NCBI GenBank assembly: GCA_947501605.1
Contig: CANMWZ010000006.1
Span: forward strand, 22,897-86,896
From: Planctomycetota bacterium
GTDB lineage: Bacteria > Planctomycetota > UBA1135 > UBA2386
Reading direction: 5' to 3'
DNA length: 64,000 nucleotides
The stretch's first letter is position 1, and the number at the start of each line of letters is the position of its first letter. The notes under the pieces were generated by a model. That model saw nothing but the letters and a program-made list of their open reading frames with translations, was not told the DNA's origin and did not search any database. The position numbers and the translations under genes were made by a program. Below, piece by piece: positions 43,553-51,755 of this stretch.

Positions 43553-45445
43553 GTGACCCAGCATCCGGACTTTGGCCTTGCCCGCGACATCTACACGTTC
43601 GCGCCCGAGGCACTGGGTGAGGCGCTGCCCCTGTTCGAGATCGTGCGCGAGATCGGCAAGGGCTCCATGGGCATCGTCTACGAGGCTCGCCGTCGCAGCG
43701 ATGGGCAACGGTTGGCCCTCAAGGTCCTGCCGCCAAGCCTGACGCTCAGCGAACGCACCATCGCGCGCTTTCTGCGCGAGGGCCGACTCATGGCGCGCGT
43801 CGAGCACCCGGACATCGTCCGGTTCTTGGGTCAGGGCTCGGGCACGGCCGGCGGCGTGCGCCTGTTCTGGTTCGCCATGGAACTCATCGATGGCAGTTCG
43901 CTACAGGAGCGCTTCTGCATCGGGCCGCTGCCAGTTCGCACGGCTTGCGCCATCGCCGCGCGAACGGGTCGCGCGTTGCAGTTCGCGCACGAACGCGGCG
44001 TGGTGCATCGCGACATGAAGCCAAGCAACATCCTGCTGCGCGCCGAGTCTGACGGCAGCAGTAGCGAGTCGCCGCCGGTCGCCATCTCCGACTTCGGCCT
44101 CGCGCGCGAAACCGGCACGGGATCGATGACCGAGAGTGGTGCGCTGGTCGGCACGCCCATGTACATGGCTCCCGAGCTCGTGCTCAACGGCAGCGCACAG
44201 GCAGGAACACTCGCCGACGTCTACGGTCTCGGCGCCACGCTCTACACGCTGCTGAGTGGACAGCCGCCGTTCGACGGCCCGACGGCACAGAGCGTCCTCC
44301 GCGATGTCCTCGATCGCGAGCCGCCGAGACTGCGCCGACTTCGCGCCGACTTGCCGCAACCGGTCGAGGCCATCGTGCGCAAGGCGATGAGCAAGGAGCC
44401 GAGGAACCGCTACGGCTCCGCCCTCGAGCTCAGCCTGGACCTCGAGCGCTACTTGCGTGGCGAGCGAGTGCTTGCGCGTGCTCCAGGCCCGGTGGCGACC
44501 ACGCTGCGTGCGATTCGTCGGCGGCCGTTGCTCGCAGCGACCGCGCTGCTCGCAGTCCTGTTCGGCCTCGGCACGCTCTACTTGCTGCACGAGCGCCATC
44601 ACGGTTTGATCGAACAGGGCATTGCTGAAGCCGAGAACTGGCTTGCGCAAGCGAGCAGTTCGCGCGACGAGCGCGATCGACCACTGTCGGAATCGAAGCG
44701 ACGCGAATTGCTGCTAGCCGCCCTGTCGGCGGCAACCGACGTGCTGGCTCGAGATGCCGCGGTGCCGATGGCGCACGTAGTGCGCGCCAAGGCTCACTAC
44801 CGCCTTCGGCAACTCGAGGAAGCGCTGCTCGACATCGACGCCGCCGAACGGCTATCGGGGGGGCCGCAGCCGGAGCTACTTCACTTCCGCATCGACGTGC
44901 TACGACAACGCGCGGACCCCGCGTCGACGCGGCGCTTGCAGGAGGACCTCACAACCCTGTTGCAACTCGATCGCGGCAGTCGCACTCGGGCGATGGTCGC
45001 CGAGCACTTGCTCGAGATCGGACTGCAGGCGAGCCAGGCCGAGCGGGAGGCGGCGCTCTCAGCCGCCTACCAGGTGCTCGAGCCCATCGGCGACGACAAT
45101 GCCCGCACCGCCGTATTGCGTGCACGACTCCTCGAAGCCGAAGGCCTGACCAATGACGCGCTCGAGGCCATGCGCGCGGCGCGACGTCACTTCCAGGGTG
45201 ACGTTTACGTGCACTTGCAAGCCGCCGCGATGTTCGACCGGCTCGGTCTCGCTGCCGAAGGCCGCGCCGAGAAGGAGACCGCCAGCATCCTGCAACCTAC
45301 CAACTCATCGACCAGCACCGCGCCGGTCGACCTCCAGGGGATCGGCGACTTCTTGGGCGAGGTGAACCGACTGCTACAAGCACTTGACCCGCCACCCGAA
45401 GGGGAACCCGCCGCCACCGGCAAAACCGACAAGCAGCGCGACTGA
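43553..45445 (+). CDS. Ser/Thr protein kinase (Hanks type) with one TM and a C-terminal helical-repeat domain
   Basis: 'GKGSMGIVYEA', 'ALKVL', 'HRDMKPSNILL', 'DFGLAR', 'GTPMYMAPE'. TM 'LLAATALLAVLFGLGTLYLL', then a TPR-like region. Confidence 0.9.
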   Translation: MTQHPDFGLARDIYTFAPEALGEALPLFEIVREIGKGSMGIVYEARRRSDGQRLALKVLPPSLTLSERTIARFLREGRLMARVEHPDIVRFLGQGSGTAGGVRLFWFAMELIDGSSLQERFCIGPLPVRTACAIAARTGRALQFAHERGVVHRDMKPSNILLRAESDGSSSESPPVAISDFGLARETGTGSMTESGALVGTPMYMAPELVLNGSAQAGTLADVYGLGATLYTLLSGQPPFDGPTAQSVLRDVLDREPPRLRRLRADLPQPVEAIVRKAMSKEPRNRYGSALELSLDLERYLRGERVLARAPGPVATTLRAIRRRPLLAATALLAVLFGLGTLYLLHERHHGLIEQGIAEAENWLAQASSSRDERDRPLSESKRRELLLAALSAATDVLARDAAVPMAHVVRAKAHYRLRQLEEALLDIDAAERLSGGPQPELLHFRIDVLRQRADPASTRRLQEDLTTLLQLDRGSRTRAMVAEHLLEIGLQASQAEREAALSAAYQVLEPIGDDNARTAVLRARLLEAEGLTNDALEAMRAARRHFQGDVYVHLQAAAMFDRLGLAAEGRAEKETASILQPTNSSTSTAPVDLQGIGDFLGEVNRLLQALDPPPEGEPAATGKTDKQRD

Positions 45446-45605
45446 CCAAGCCTCCGATGGCACGGGGTCGTTGCCCTCGACTGCCCGTTTCGAGACGGTC
45501 TCGAGTCGGCGTTCGCGGTTGCGGTAGTCCGGAGAGTTACTATTCCTCGTCAGTCCATCCGCCGACGCGGCCCCACCGCCCGGCAACCCCCACCCCTCCT
45601 GTCCT

Positions 45606-46733
45606 ATGCGTCCCCGCGACTCGGTGCTTTCTGGTGGCGCGTTCGCCCTCTTGGCGATCGCTGCCTTCGCGTGGCTGGGTGATCCTACGGTCGCCGGCGA
45701 ACTGCCTCCGCCAGCTGGCGACATGCCGTTCGTGATTGCCGCAGAGTTGGACAGTCATGGCGATGCGCCGGGCGCGGCGGTCGTCGACGGTGGGCCCGTG
45801 CATGCGAACGACGTGGCCGTTGCCGACCCTGTGTTCCACCCGTCGCGAGGACGCGACACGACCGGTTGGACCTCCGGCGTCATTGCCGGTGACATCCCCC
45901 TGACGCCCAACATCGTGCAGCAGATCCAGTCGATCTCCGTGGTCGTCGACGAACTCAAGAACCTACGAGCCGCGAGCACACCACCGTTCCGCAAGGTTGT
46001 CCCCGTCATCCTCGGACAAGGCACGCCGACGTTCGAAGTGCACGATGTGCCGTTCTCGGATTACGGCTACGTGGTCCGCGTTCACTCGCCCGGATTGAAC
46101 GGCGGACAGAGCACGGTCTCGATCACTCAGGACCACCCGTTCGTCAACGACGTCAAGCTACCGATCACCCCAGGATCGCCCTACTCCGTGCTGTTGCGCG
46201 ACCAGGACCGAGCGCCGCTGGCCATGACCGAGGTACGGCTGGTCCCGCATCTGGAGCCCCGTGGACGCCCGACCTTCTTCGGTTCGTCAGACAACTACGG
46301 CAGCGTGGTCTTCGAAAACGTGCTGGAAGGGCTCTACCACGCCCATGTCGGCCCCCAGGCCCAGCCGTTGATGGAACCAGTGGAGCTCAACGTCCAACCG
46401 GGTTCGTTCCTGCGCCAGGGCTCGGTCGTGATGCCGCAGGGCACCACCATTGTCGTGCCGCGCGGTCTACCGCTGCAGACCACGGTTGTGCAGGCCGGCG
46501 GTTGGCCGCTGCCAGGAGCGCTCGTCCAAGTGCGCGCCACCGATCGCAGGCATGTCGTCGAACTCGAGGACGTGACAGATGTCCGGGGCCAAGTGCACTT
46601 CCCGAACATCCTGCCTGGGCAATGGGAGATCGAAGTGAGCAAGCCGGATTTCGAACGCCGACTCGCGCAGTTCGAGGTCAAGATCGGCGAAGAGCTGCCC
46701 GCTCAGCGGTTTGATCTGGTGCGGTTGCGCTAG
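45606..46733 (+). CDS. Exported protein with CarboxypepD_reg-like beta-sandwich repeats
   Basis: Signal/anchor 'GGAFALLAIAAFAWLG'. Repeats of the type 'RDQDRAPLAMTEVRLV...SDNYGSVVFENVLEGLYHAHV' and 'GWPLPGALVQVRA...TDVRGQVHFPNILPGQWEIEVSKPDF'. Confidence 0.65.
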   Translation: MRPRDSVLSGGAFALLAIAAFAWLGDPTVAGELPPPAGDMPFVIAAELDSHGDAPGAAVVDGGPVHANDVAVADPVFHPSRGRDTTGWTSGVIAGDIPLTPNIVQQIQSISVVVDELKNLRAASTPPFRKVVPVILGQGTPTFEVHDVPFSDYGYVVRVHSPGLNGGQSTVSITQDHPFVNDVKLPITPGSPYSVLLRDQDRAPLAMTEVRLVPHLEPRGRPTFFGSSDNYGSVVFENVLEGLYHAHVGPQAQPLMEPVELNVQPGSFLRQGSVVMPQGTTIVVPRGLPLQTTVVQAGGWPLPGALVQVRATDRRHVVELEDVTDVRGQVHFPNILPGQWEIEVSKPDFERRLAQFEVKIGEELPAQRFDLVRLR

Positions 46734-46819
46734 CAGGTTTCGGCGAGTTCTTCGCTGCGGCGACCCTCTCGGGTAGAAATTCTGCCCGCCGTCGCCACCG
46801 TGCTGCGGTACCGCAACTC

Positions 46820-47299
46820 ATGGCTCGCCCGCTGGTCGATTTCGCATTGCTCGACGTCTCCAAAGACGTCATTCCGCAGGCCGAACTGCGCAGCATGGTG
46901 CCGCACCGTGACGCCTTCCAGTTGCTCGACGGCATCTGCTACTACGACCCAGAACAGTCGCTGCTCATCGCCTACAAGGATTGGACCGTCGATGCGTGGT
47001 GGGCAGCGGGCCACATCCCGGGCAAGCCGCTGATGCCAGGCGTGCTCATGATCGAAGGCGCGGCGCAGGCGGCGACCTTCTTGCTGAAGAAGTTCAACAA
47101 CTGGCCACCTGAGAAGTTCGTCGGCCTCGGTGGTCTGGACGATGTGCGGTTTCGCGGTCAGGTGGTGCCGCCCGCACGAGTGCACTTCGTCGTCGGCCGC
47201 GGCACCTTGAGTGGCAGCCGCATGGCCAAGTTCCCAACGCAGGCCTTCTGCAACGGGCAAATGATCATGGACATGGTCCTGCTGGGCGTGATCCTCTGA
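46820..47299 (+). CDS. Hot-dog fold 3-hydroxyacyl-ACP dehydratase, FabZ-like
   Basis: 'GHIPGKPLMPGVLMIEGAAQAA' (catalytic His and Glu context) and 'LGGLDDVRFRGQVVP'. Confidence 0.8.
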   Translation: MARPLVDFALLDVSKDVIPQAELRSMVPHRDAFQLLDGICYYDPEQSLLIAYKDWTVDAWWAAGHIPGKPLMPGVLMIEGAAQAATFLLKKFNNWPPEKFVGLGGLDDVRFRGQVVPPARVHFVVGRGTLSGSRMAKFPTQAFCNGQMIMDMVLLGVIL

Positions 47300-47416
47300 C
47301 CAGCAGAGGAGACATCATGATGCAGCCTCTCCGCTCGCTCCTGGTGGCCGCCCCTGCGACCACGCGGAGTGTGCGCAGCCCCTTCTCCCGCACGCTCTGA
47401 GCCGGCCCTATCTCCA

Positions 47417-49300
47417 ATGCTGCCTCGAGCCGATGCTCCAGATGTGGGCCTACCGCGCTGGTTCTGGTGGCTCCCAGCGGTCGTCTTCGCCGCATGGTTT
47501 CCGATCGCGCCGTTCTGGGCCAGCGACGACTACTTTGCGCTGCACTGGGCCAAAGACCTCGAGCACGTGCTCGCCGACTTCACGGGACCGTGGTACGGCG
47601 CCACCGACCTGTTCTTCTTCTACCGCCCACTGATCACGCTGAGTCTGTGGCTCGAAGTCCAGGTCGCGGGCAGCGACCCATGGCTTGCACATATCAACAA
47701 CGTGCTCGTCCATGCGTGCAGCGCCACGATGGTCGCGCTGCTGTGGCGACGTTGGCTTTCGATCGGCTACGCCTTTGCTGCGGGACTCGTCTGGGGCCTG
47801 TCGCCCATCCACATCGGCGCCATTGGCTGGGCGATCGCGCGCACCGACGGGTTCAGTTGCGCATTCGCACTGATGAGCACCTTGCTGCTCGCGCGCTATG
47901 TCGAAGGGTCGACGACCCGACGGTGGCCGTCGCTGGTCTGCTTTGCGCTGGCGCTGTTGTGCAAGGAGACCGTGCTGTGCCTACCGGGCTTGCTGTTCTT
48001 GGTGGCTTTCGCCAAGCAAGACCCCGCAGCGATCACACCCCGCGCCAAGAGAGCGCTGAGCGCGATCTGGCCGCACATCGCACTCCTCATTGCCTACGTC
48101 GCCTGGCGCGTCGCGATTCTGGGGCGAATGGGAGGTTACGACGCCGCGGCCTACGAGCCTCTGCAGATGGCAGCAGGGCTCAGTGAGTACGCCTTGGGCC
48201 TCCTGAACCCTCTGTACTGGTCGCCACCTCCAGAACGGATCGAGCTGCTGCCGCGCGTCCTACACCTCGCCCTCGCACCACTCGGCTTCGCGCCGGCACT
48301 CCTGGCGGTGACCGTCCTTCTGGGCAAGGGTCGAGCCAAGACGCTCGGCTTCGCGGTCGCGTGGTTCTTGCTCGCGAGCGTGCCGATGGCCGGATTCTTC
48401 GCCCAGGCCGACAACCACCACAACCTCCGCTATTTCTGCCTCGCATTCGCGGGGTTGGCGGCGCTACTCGTGACCGGTGGGCGCGTCGCAACAGCACTCG
48501 CCCTCACATGCACTCTCCTCATGCTGGTACGCGTTCGGGTCGAGCAACACGATGCCGACATGCAGTCGCGCAGCATGCACGAGCAGTTGGTTTCGTTGCT
48601 CGATGACGATCTGCCAGGCCCGTGGTTCGTCGCCGGCCTGCCGCATCAGAGCCAGAACGCCGTGGCACTTCAGTTTCACTTCGGGATCGACCGGATGCTG
48701 ACGCCGCCGTTCGCAAACGGCACGACTCGCGTGTTTGCGCATCGGCCGACCTTCGCATTACCGGGTGCAGTAGACCTCACCGACGAGGACGGGCTGCCGA
48801 TCGCGCCGCCGATGGGAACGACGCTGCTGTTCCGTGGCAGCGAACTGCTGGTGACCGTGCCACAAAAGCCACTGCCTGAACTGCCGCTCGACGCGCCTAC
48901 GGAGGTCGACGCCACGAGCCCGGCACTCTATCGACTCAACAACGGTTCCGGGCCGGTGCGCTTCACGATGCCCGGCGTGCGTACGCCCGCGTTGCGCCTG
49001 ACGTTCTTCACTGCAAGCGGGTATCTCGGTGCGCTGGTGCCAAACCACGCTGCCGCCGACGAGCAGGACGGCAGGCTCGACCTGCTGACTTTCTTCAAGA
49101 CCGCGCAGTGGTCCGCTGGGCGCGAACTGATTCGGGGCCTCGAGCCCTCGACGATCATGGACTTGGCCACGGACTTCCCGGTGCTCATCGAAGGCGGGGA
49201 CTACCGCGACGACACCTTCACGCCGACCCACCGAGCCCGCCGCATGGTGATGTTCCGCTTCGACCGCGGCCTGCCCAAGGTGATGCGCGGCGGCGATTGA
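47417..49300 (+). CDS. Polytopic membrane protein, GT-C-fold glycosyltransferase-like (PMT_2/TMTC-like) with a soluble C-terminal domain
   Basis: At least 10 predicted TM segments. First-loop acidic motif 'WASDDYF', then 'FFFYRPLITLSLWLE' and 'HINNVLVHA'. C-terminal ~200 aa are non-membrane. Confidence 0.65.
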   Translation: MLPRADAPDVGLPRWFWWLPAVVFAAWFPIAPFWASDDYFALHWAKDLEHVLADFTGPWYGATDLFFFYRPLITLSLWLEVQVAGSDPWLAHINNVLVHACSATMVALLWRRWLSIGYAFAAGLVWGLSPIHIGAIGWAIARTDGFSCAFALMSTLLLARYVEGSTTRRWPSLVCFALALLCKETVLCLPGLLFLVAFAKQDPAAITPRAKRALSAIWPHIALLIAYVAWRVAILGRMGGYDAAAYEPLQMAAGLSEYALGLLNPLYWSPPPERIELLPRVLHLALAPLGFAPALLAVTVLLGKGRAKTLGFAVAWFLLASVPMAGFFAQADNHHNLRYFCLAFAGLAALLVTGGRVATALALTCTLLMLVRVRVEQHDADMQSRSMHEQLVSLLDDDLPGPWFVAGLPHQSQNAVALQFHFGIDRMLTPPFANGTTRVFAHRPTFALPGAVDLTDEDGLPIAPPMGTTLLFRGSELLVTVPQKPLPELPLDAPTEVDATSPALYRLNNGSGPVRFTMPGVRTPALRLTFFTASGYLGALVPNHAAADEQDGRLDLLTFFKTAQWSAGRELIRGLEPSTIMDLATDFPVLIEGGDYRDDTFTPTHRARRMVMFRFDRGLPKVMRGGD

Positions 49301-49349
49301 GTTAGCGCGCCAGCGTGACTGCGCCTGCGCGCCAGCGGGCGCTCGCACC

Positions 49350-50210
49350 TCAGATCCCGTCGGCGAACGGCGACTCTGGCGTCAGGATCTCTTCGACATC
49401 GAGCAGGTCGCAACGGCAAGCAACGCCGAGCAGCGACGACAAGGATGGCGTCGTTCGCCCCTCATCGCCACTGATGAACTCCTTCACGTAGGTACCGTGC
49501 TGGCACTGCACCTTCAGCTGCAGCCGCATGTCCGCGATGTACTCGAGTCCCTTCACGCTGACGAGTCGTTCGCGGTCCAGGTCGGCACGGCGATGCGAGA
49601 CGCGCTGCGGCGTGCGCTGGACGACAACACCGTGAAACGCGAGCGCGGCATCGAGACTCGCCGGCAATTGTTCGAGCGCGACCTCGGCACGATAGATCTT
49701 CTCGAAGTTCGTCTGCTTCCAGTAAGCGACGCGGTTCTTGCTGACCGGCACGAACGCCGACAACTCGATCGCGCCCTCGGCCCGCTGCTCGATCTCCTTG
49801 CGCAGTTCGTCGAGGTCCACGTCGAGCTTGCGCGCACCGATCACTTCGTAGACGAACGGACGACCGCGACCGAGCATCAGCACGTCGATGTCTTCACGGC
49901 CGGCACCGTGGAAGCGTCCCGTCCGAGCTTGGAACGCCGGCATCATGCGGCGGCCGATCAGCTCTTGGACGGATTCCTTGGTCAGCTTGCCGAAGCCCTC
50001 GCAGGGCACGCAACCTTCGCGTCGGCGGCGGTCACCCTTGCAGGTCGGGCACCAAAAAATGGTCTGCGGCAAACCGCGTCGAAGTTTGCGATACCTCGAC
50101 TCGAAGAAGAGGTTGCGGCGTGAGACGCGCGGACGCGGGTTGCGCGCTGGATCGGCGGACGAGGGTTCCACAGAGCCGCAGTATAGGCACACCCCCACGG
50201 CCGACTGCAA
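49350..50210 (-). CDS. pus10: Pus10-type tRNA pseudouridine synthase homologue (Zn-ribbon + catalytic domain, no THUMP domain)
   Basis: 'FHGAGREDIDVLMLGRGRPFVYEV', 'KIYRAEV', 'QRTPQRVSHRR', 'HGTYVKEFISGDEGRTTPSLSSLLG..CDLLDVEEI' match Pus10 signatures. Has CxxC x3 N-terminally. Start is uncertain (TTG 50210 or GTG 50198); the upstream ORF portion overlaps the receiver gene. Confidence 0.8.
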   Translation of the reverse strand: MQSAVGVCLYCGSVEPSSADPARNPRPRVSRRNLFFESRYRKLRRGLPQTIFWCPTCKGDRRRREGCVPCEGFGKLTKESVQELIGRRMMPAFQARTGRFHGAGREDIDVLMLGRGRPFVYEVIGARKLDVDLDELRKEIEQRAEGAIELSAFVPVSKNRVAYWKQTNFEKIYRAEVALEQLPASLDAALAFHGVVVQRTPQRVSHRRADLDRERLVSVKGLEYIADMRLQLKVQCQHGTYVKEFISGDEGRTTPSLSSLLGVACRCDLLDVEEILTPESPFADGI

Positions 50211-50244
50211 GCGGGCGACAGCGACTCTGCTTGCGATCCTCGCC

Positions 50245-50670
50245 TCACTTTGTGCGGGCGGTGGAACGCGGCGCCGAAGACGGCCGACGATTGGCGTCGT
50301 CGCGGCCGGAATGGCGTTCGATGAAGCGACCGAGGAACGAGAACAGTTCCTTGCAGTCAATCGGCGTTCGCAGCAGCGAATGGATCTCGAAACGCTGCTT
50401 CTCGTTGCTCATCGCCTTTGGCTCGCGCCCAGCCACCAGTGCGACCAACTCGGTCGCCTGGTCGAACGAGCGCAGGTGCTGCAGCATCCCCATCGACTCC
50501 TGATCGAGCGGCTCGACCCCGAGGAAGACGCAGTCGAAAGTGCGGGATCTGAGTTCGTTGATACCGCGATAGCCGGAGCCCACGGTCACCTTGATGCCAG
50601 GGAACTGCTGCAACCCGACCTTCAGTTGGTCTCGAACCAGCGCATCCTTCTCGATCAACAAAACATCCAT
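50245..50670 (-). CDS. Single-domain response-regulator receiver (atypical)
   Basis: 'MDVLLIEKDALVRDQLK....FDCVFLGVEP' has a CheY-like fold pattern with the phospho-Asp context retained. The Thr/Ser ('LVALVAG') and Lys ('LLRTPI') positions look substituted. Confidence 0.7.
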   Translation of the reverse strand: MDVLLIEKDALVRDQLKVGLQQFPGIKVTVGSGYRGINELRSRTFDCVFLGVEPLDQESMGMLQHLRSFDQATELVALVAGREPKAMSNEKQRFEIHSLLRTPIDCKELFSFLGRFIERHSGRDDANRRPSSAPRSTARTK

Positions 50671-50803
50671 CGGCGTATCGAGCCTCCAGAGTCGTGTATC
50701 GGCCGTGCGCTAGTTCCGACGCGACCCGCGGCACCGTCCCATCCAAGGTGATGCGGCGATTGCAGGCTTGACCGCGATGGCATGGGCTGGTTCGGTGCAG
50801 GTC

Positions 50804-51751
50804 ATGAACTGCCTCGCCGGAATCGACGAAGCGGGCCTCGGGCCAATCCTCGGGCCGATGGTCGTCGCCGGCTGTGCGTTCACCGGCCCCGACGGCGCCG
50901 ATCCGTGGGCGCTGCTCGAAGAGTACGTCGGCCGCACCCGCCACCAGAAGGACAAGGTCCGCGTCGCCGACAGCAAGAAGGTGCACCAAGGACCGCACGG
51001 ACTGCGACGCATCGAGGAGACCGCACTCTGCTTCTGGGCCGTACTGCACGGCGAGGTCCCGACCGACGTCGCCAGCTGGCTGCAGCGGCTCGGTGTCGAC
51101 CTCGACCAACTGGCGAAGTGTCCGTGGTACGAGGGCCTCGCGCAGAAACTGCCTCTGCATGCCGACCGCCAGTGGCTCGAACTGCACGCCGAACTCGTGC
51201 GTCGGTCGATGGCCAGCGTCGGCATCGCCATGCGCACGATCGCCGTTCGCGCAGTCGACGTCGAAGAGTGGAACCTCTTGATCGCCGAGACCGACAACAA
51301 GAGCCGCGCCCACTTCCGCGCCTACGCCAGCGTGCTCGCGCGCCTGCTCGACGCGATGCCCGGTCGCGGTCACCTCGTCGCCGATCGCTGCGGCGGCCGC
51401 ATGCACTATGCGCGCGATCTCAAAGAGCTGCGCCCTGGTGTCGCCGTCGCGACTGTGCACGAAGCAACCGCGAGTTCGAGCTACCGCCTCGGTCGCGAAC
51501 CTGACGTCGTCACGGTCACGTTTGCCGAGAAGGGCGACGACCGCTCGTTCCCAACCGCGCTCGCCAGCTGTTTTGCCAAGTACGTGCGCGAGCTGATGGT
51601 GCACGTGATGAACGACTGGTTTTGCAGCAAGGTGCCGGGCCTGCAACGCACTGCCGGTTACTACGTCGATGGCCATCGCTTTCTGCAGGACCTCGCGCCA
51701 CACATGAACGCGCTCGACCTTCCGACTCAGCGCCTCGTGCGCGTGCGGTGA
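50804..51751 (+). CDS. RNase HII-family protein with a large internal insertion
   Basis: 'GIDEAGLGPILGPMVVAG', 'VADSKKV' and C-terminal 'AEKGDDRSFPTALASCFAKYVRE' match RNase HII catalytic blocks. About 150 extra aa lie between blocks 2 and 3. Confidence 0.7.
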   Translation: MNCLAGIDEAGLGPILGPMVVAGCAFTGPDGADPWALLEEYVGRTRHQKDKVRVADSKKVHQGPHGLRRIEETALCFWAVLHGEVPTDVASWLQRLGVDLDQLAKCPWYEGLAQKLPLHADRQWLELHAELVRRSMASVGIAMRTIAVRAVDVEEWNLLIAETDNKSRAHFRAYASVLARLLDAMPGRGHLVADRCGGRMHYARDLKELRPGVAVATVHEATASSSYRLGREPDVVTVTFAEKGDDRSFPTALASCFAKYVRELMVHVMNDWFCSKVPGLQRTAGYYVDGHRFLQDLAPHMNALDLPTQRLVRVR

Positions 51752-51755
51752 CACG

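Noticed and set aside
47316-47399. 27-codon ORF 'MMQPLRSLLVAAPATTRSVRSPFSRTL' with a good GAGGAG Shine-Dalgarno-like sequence 6-7 nt upstream, between the FabZ-like and GT-C genes.
   Set aside because: The peptide has no distinctive features (no hydrophobic core, Cys pattern or charge pattern). It could be a leader peptide or chance, and without conservation data I do not call it a gene.
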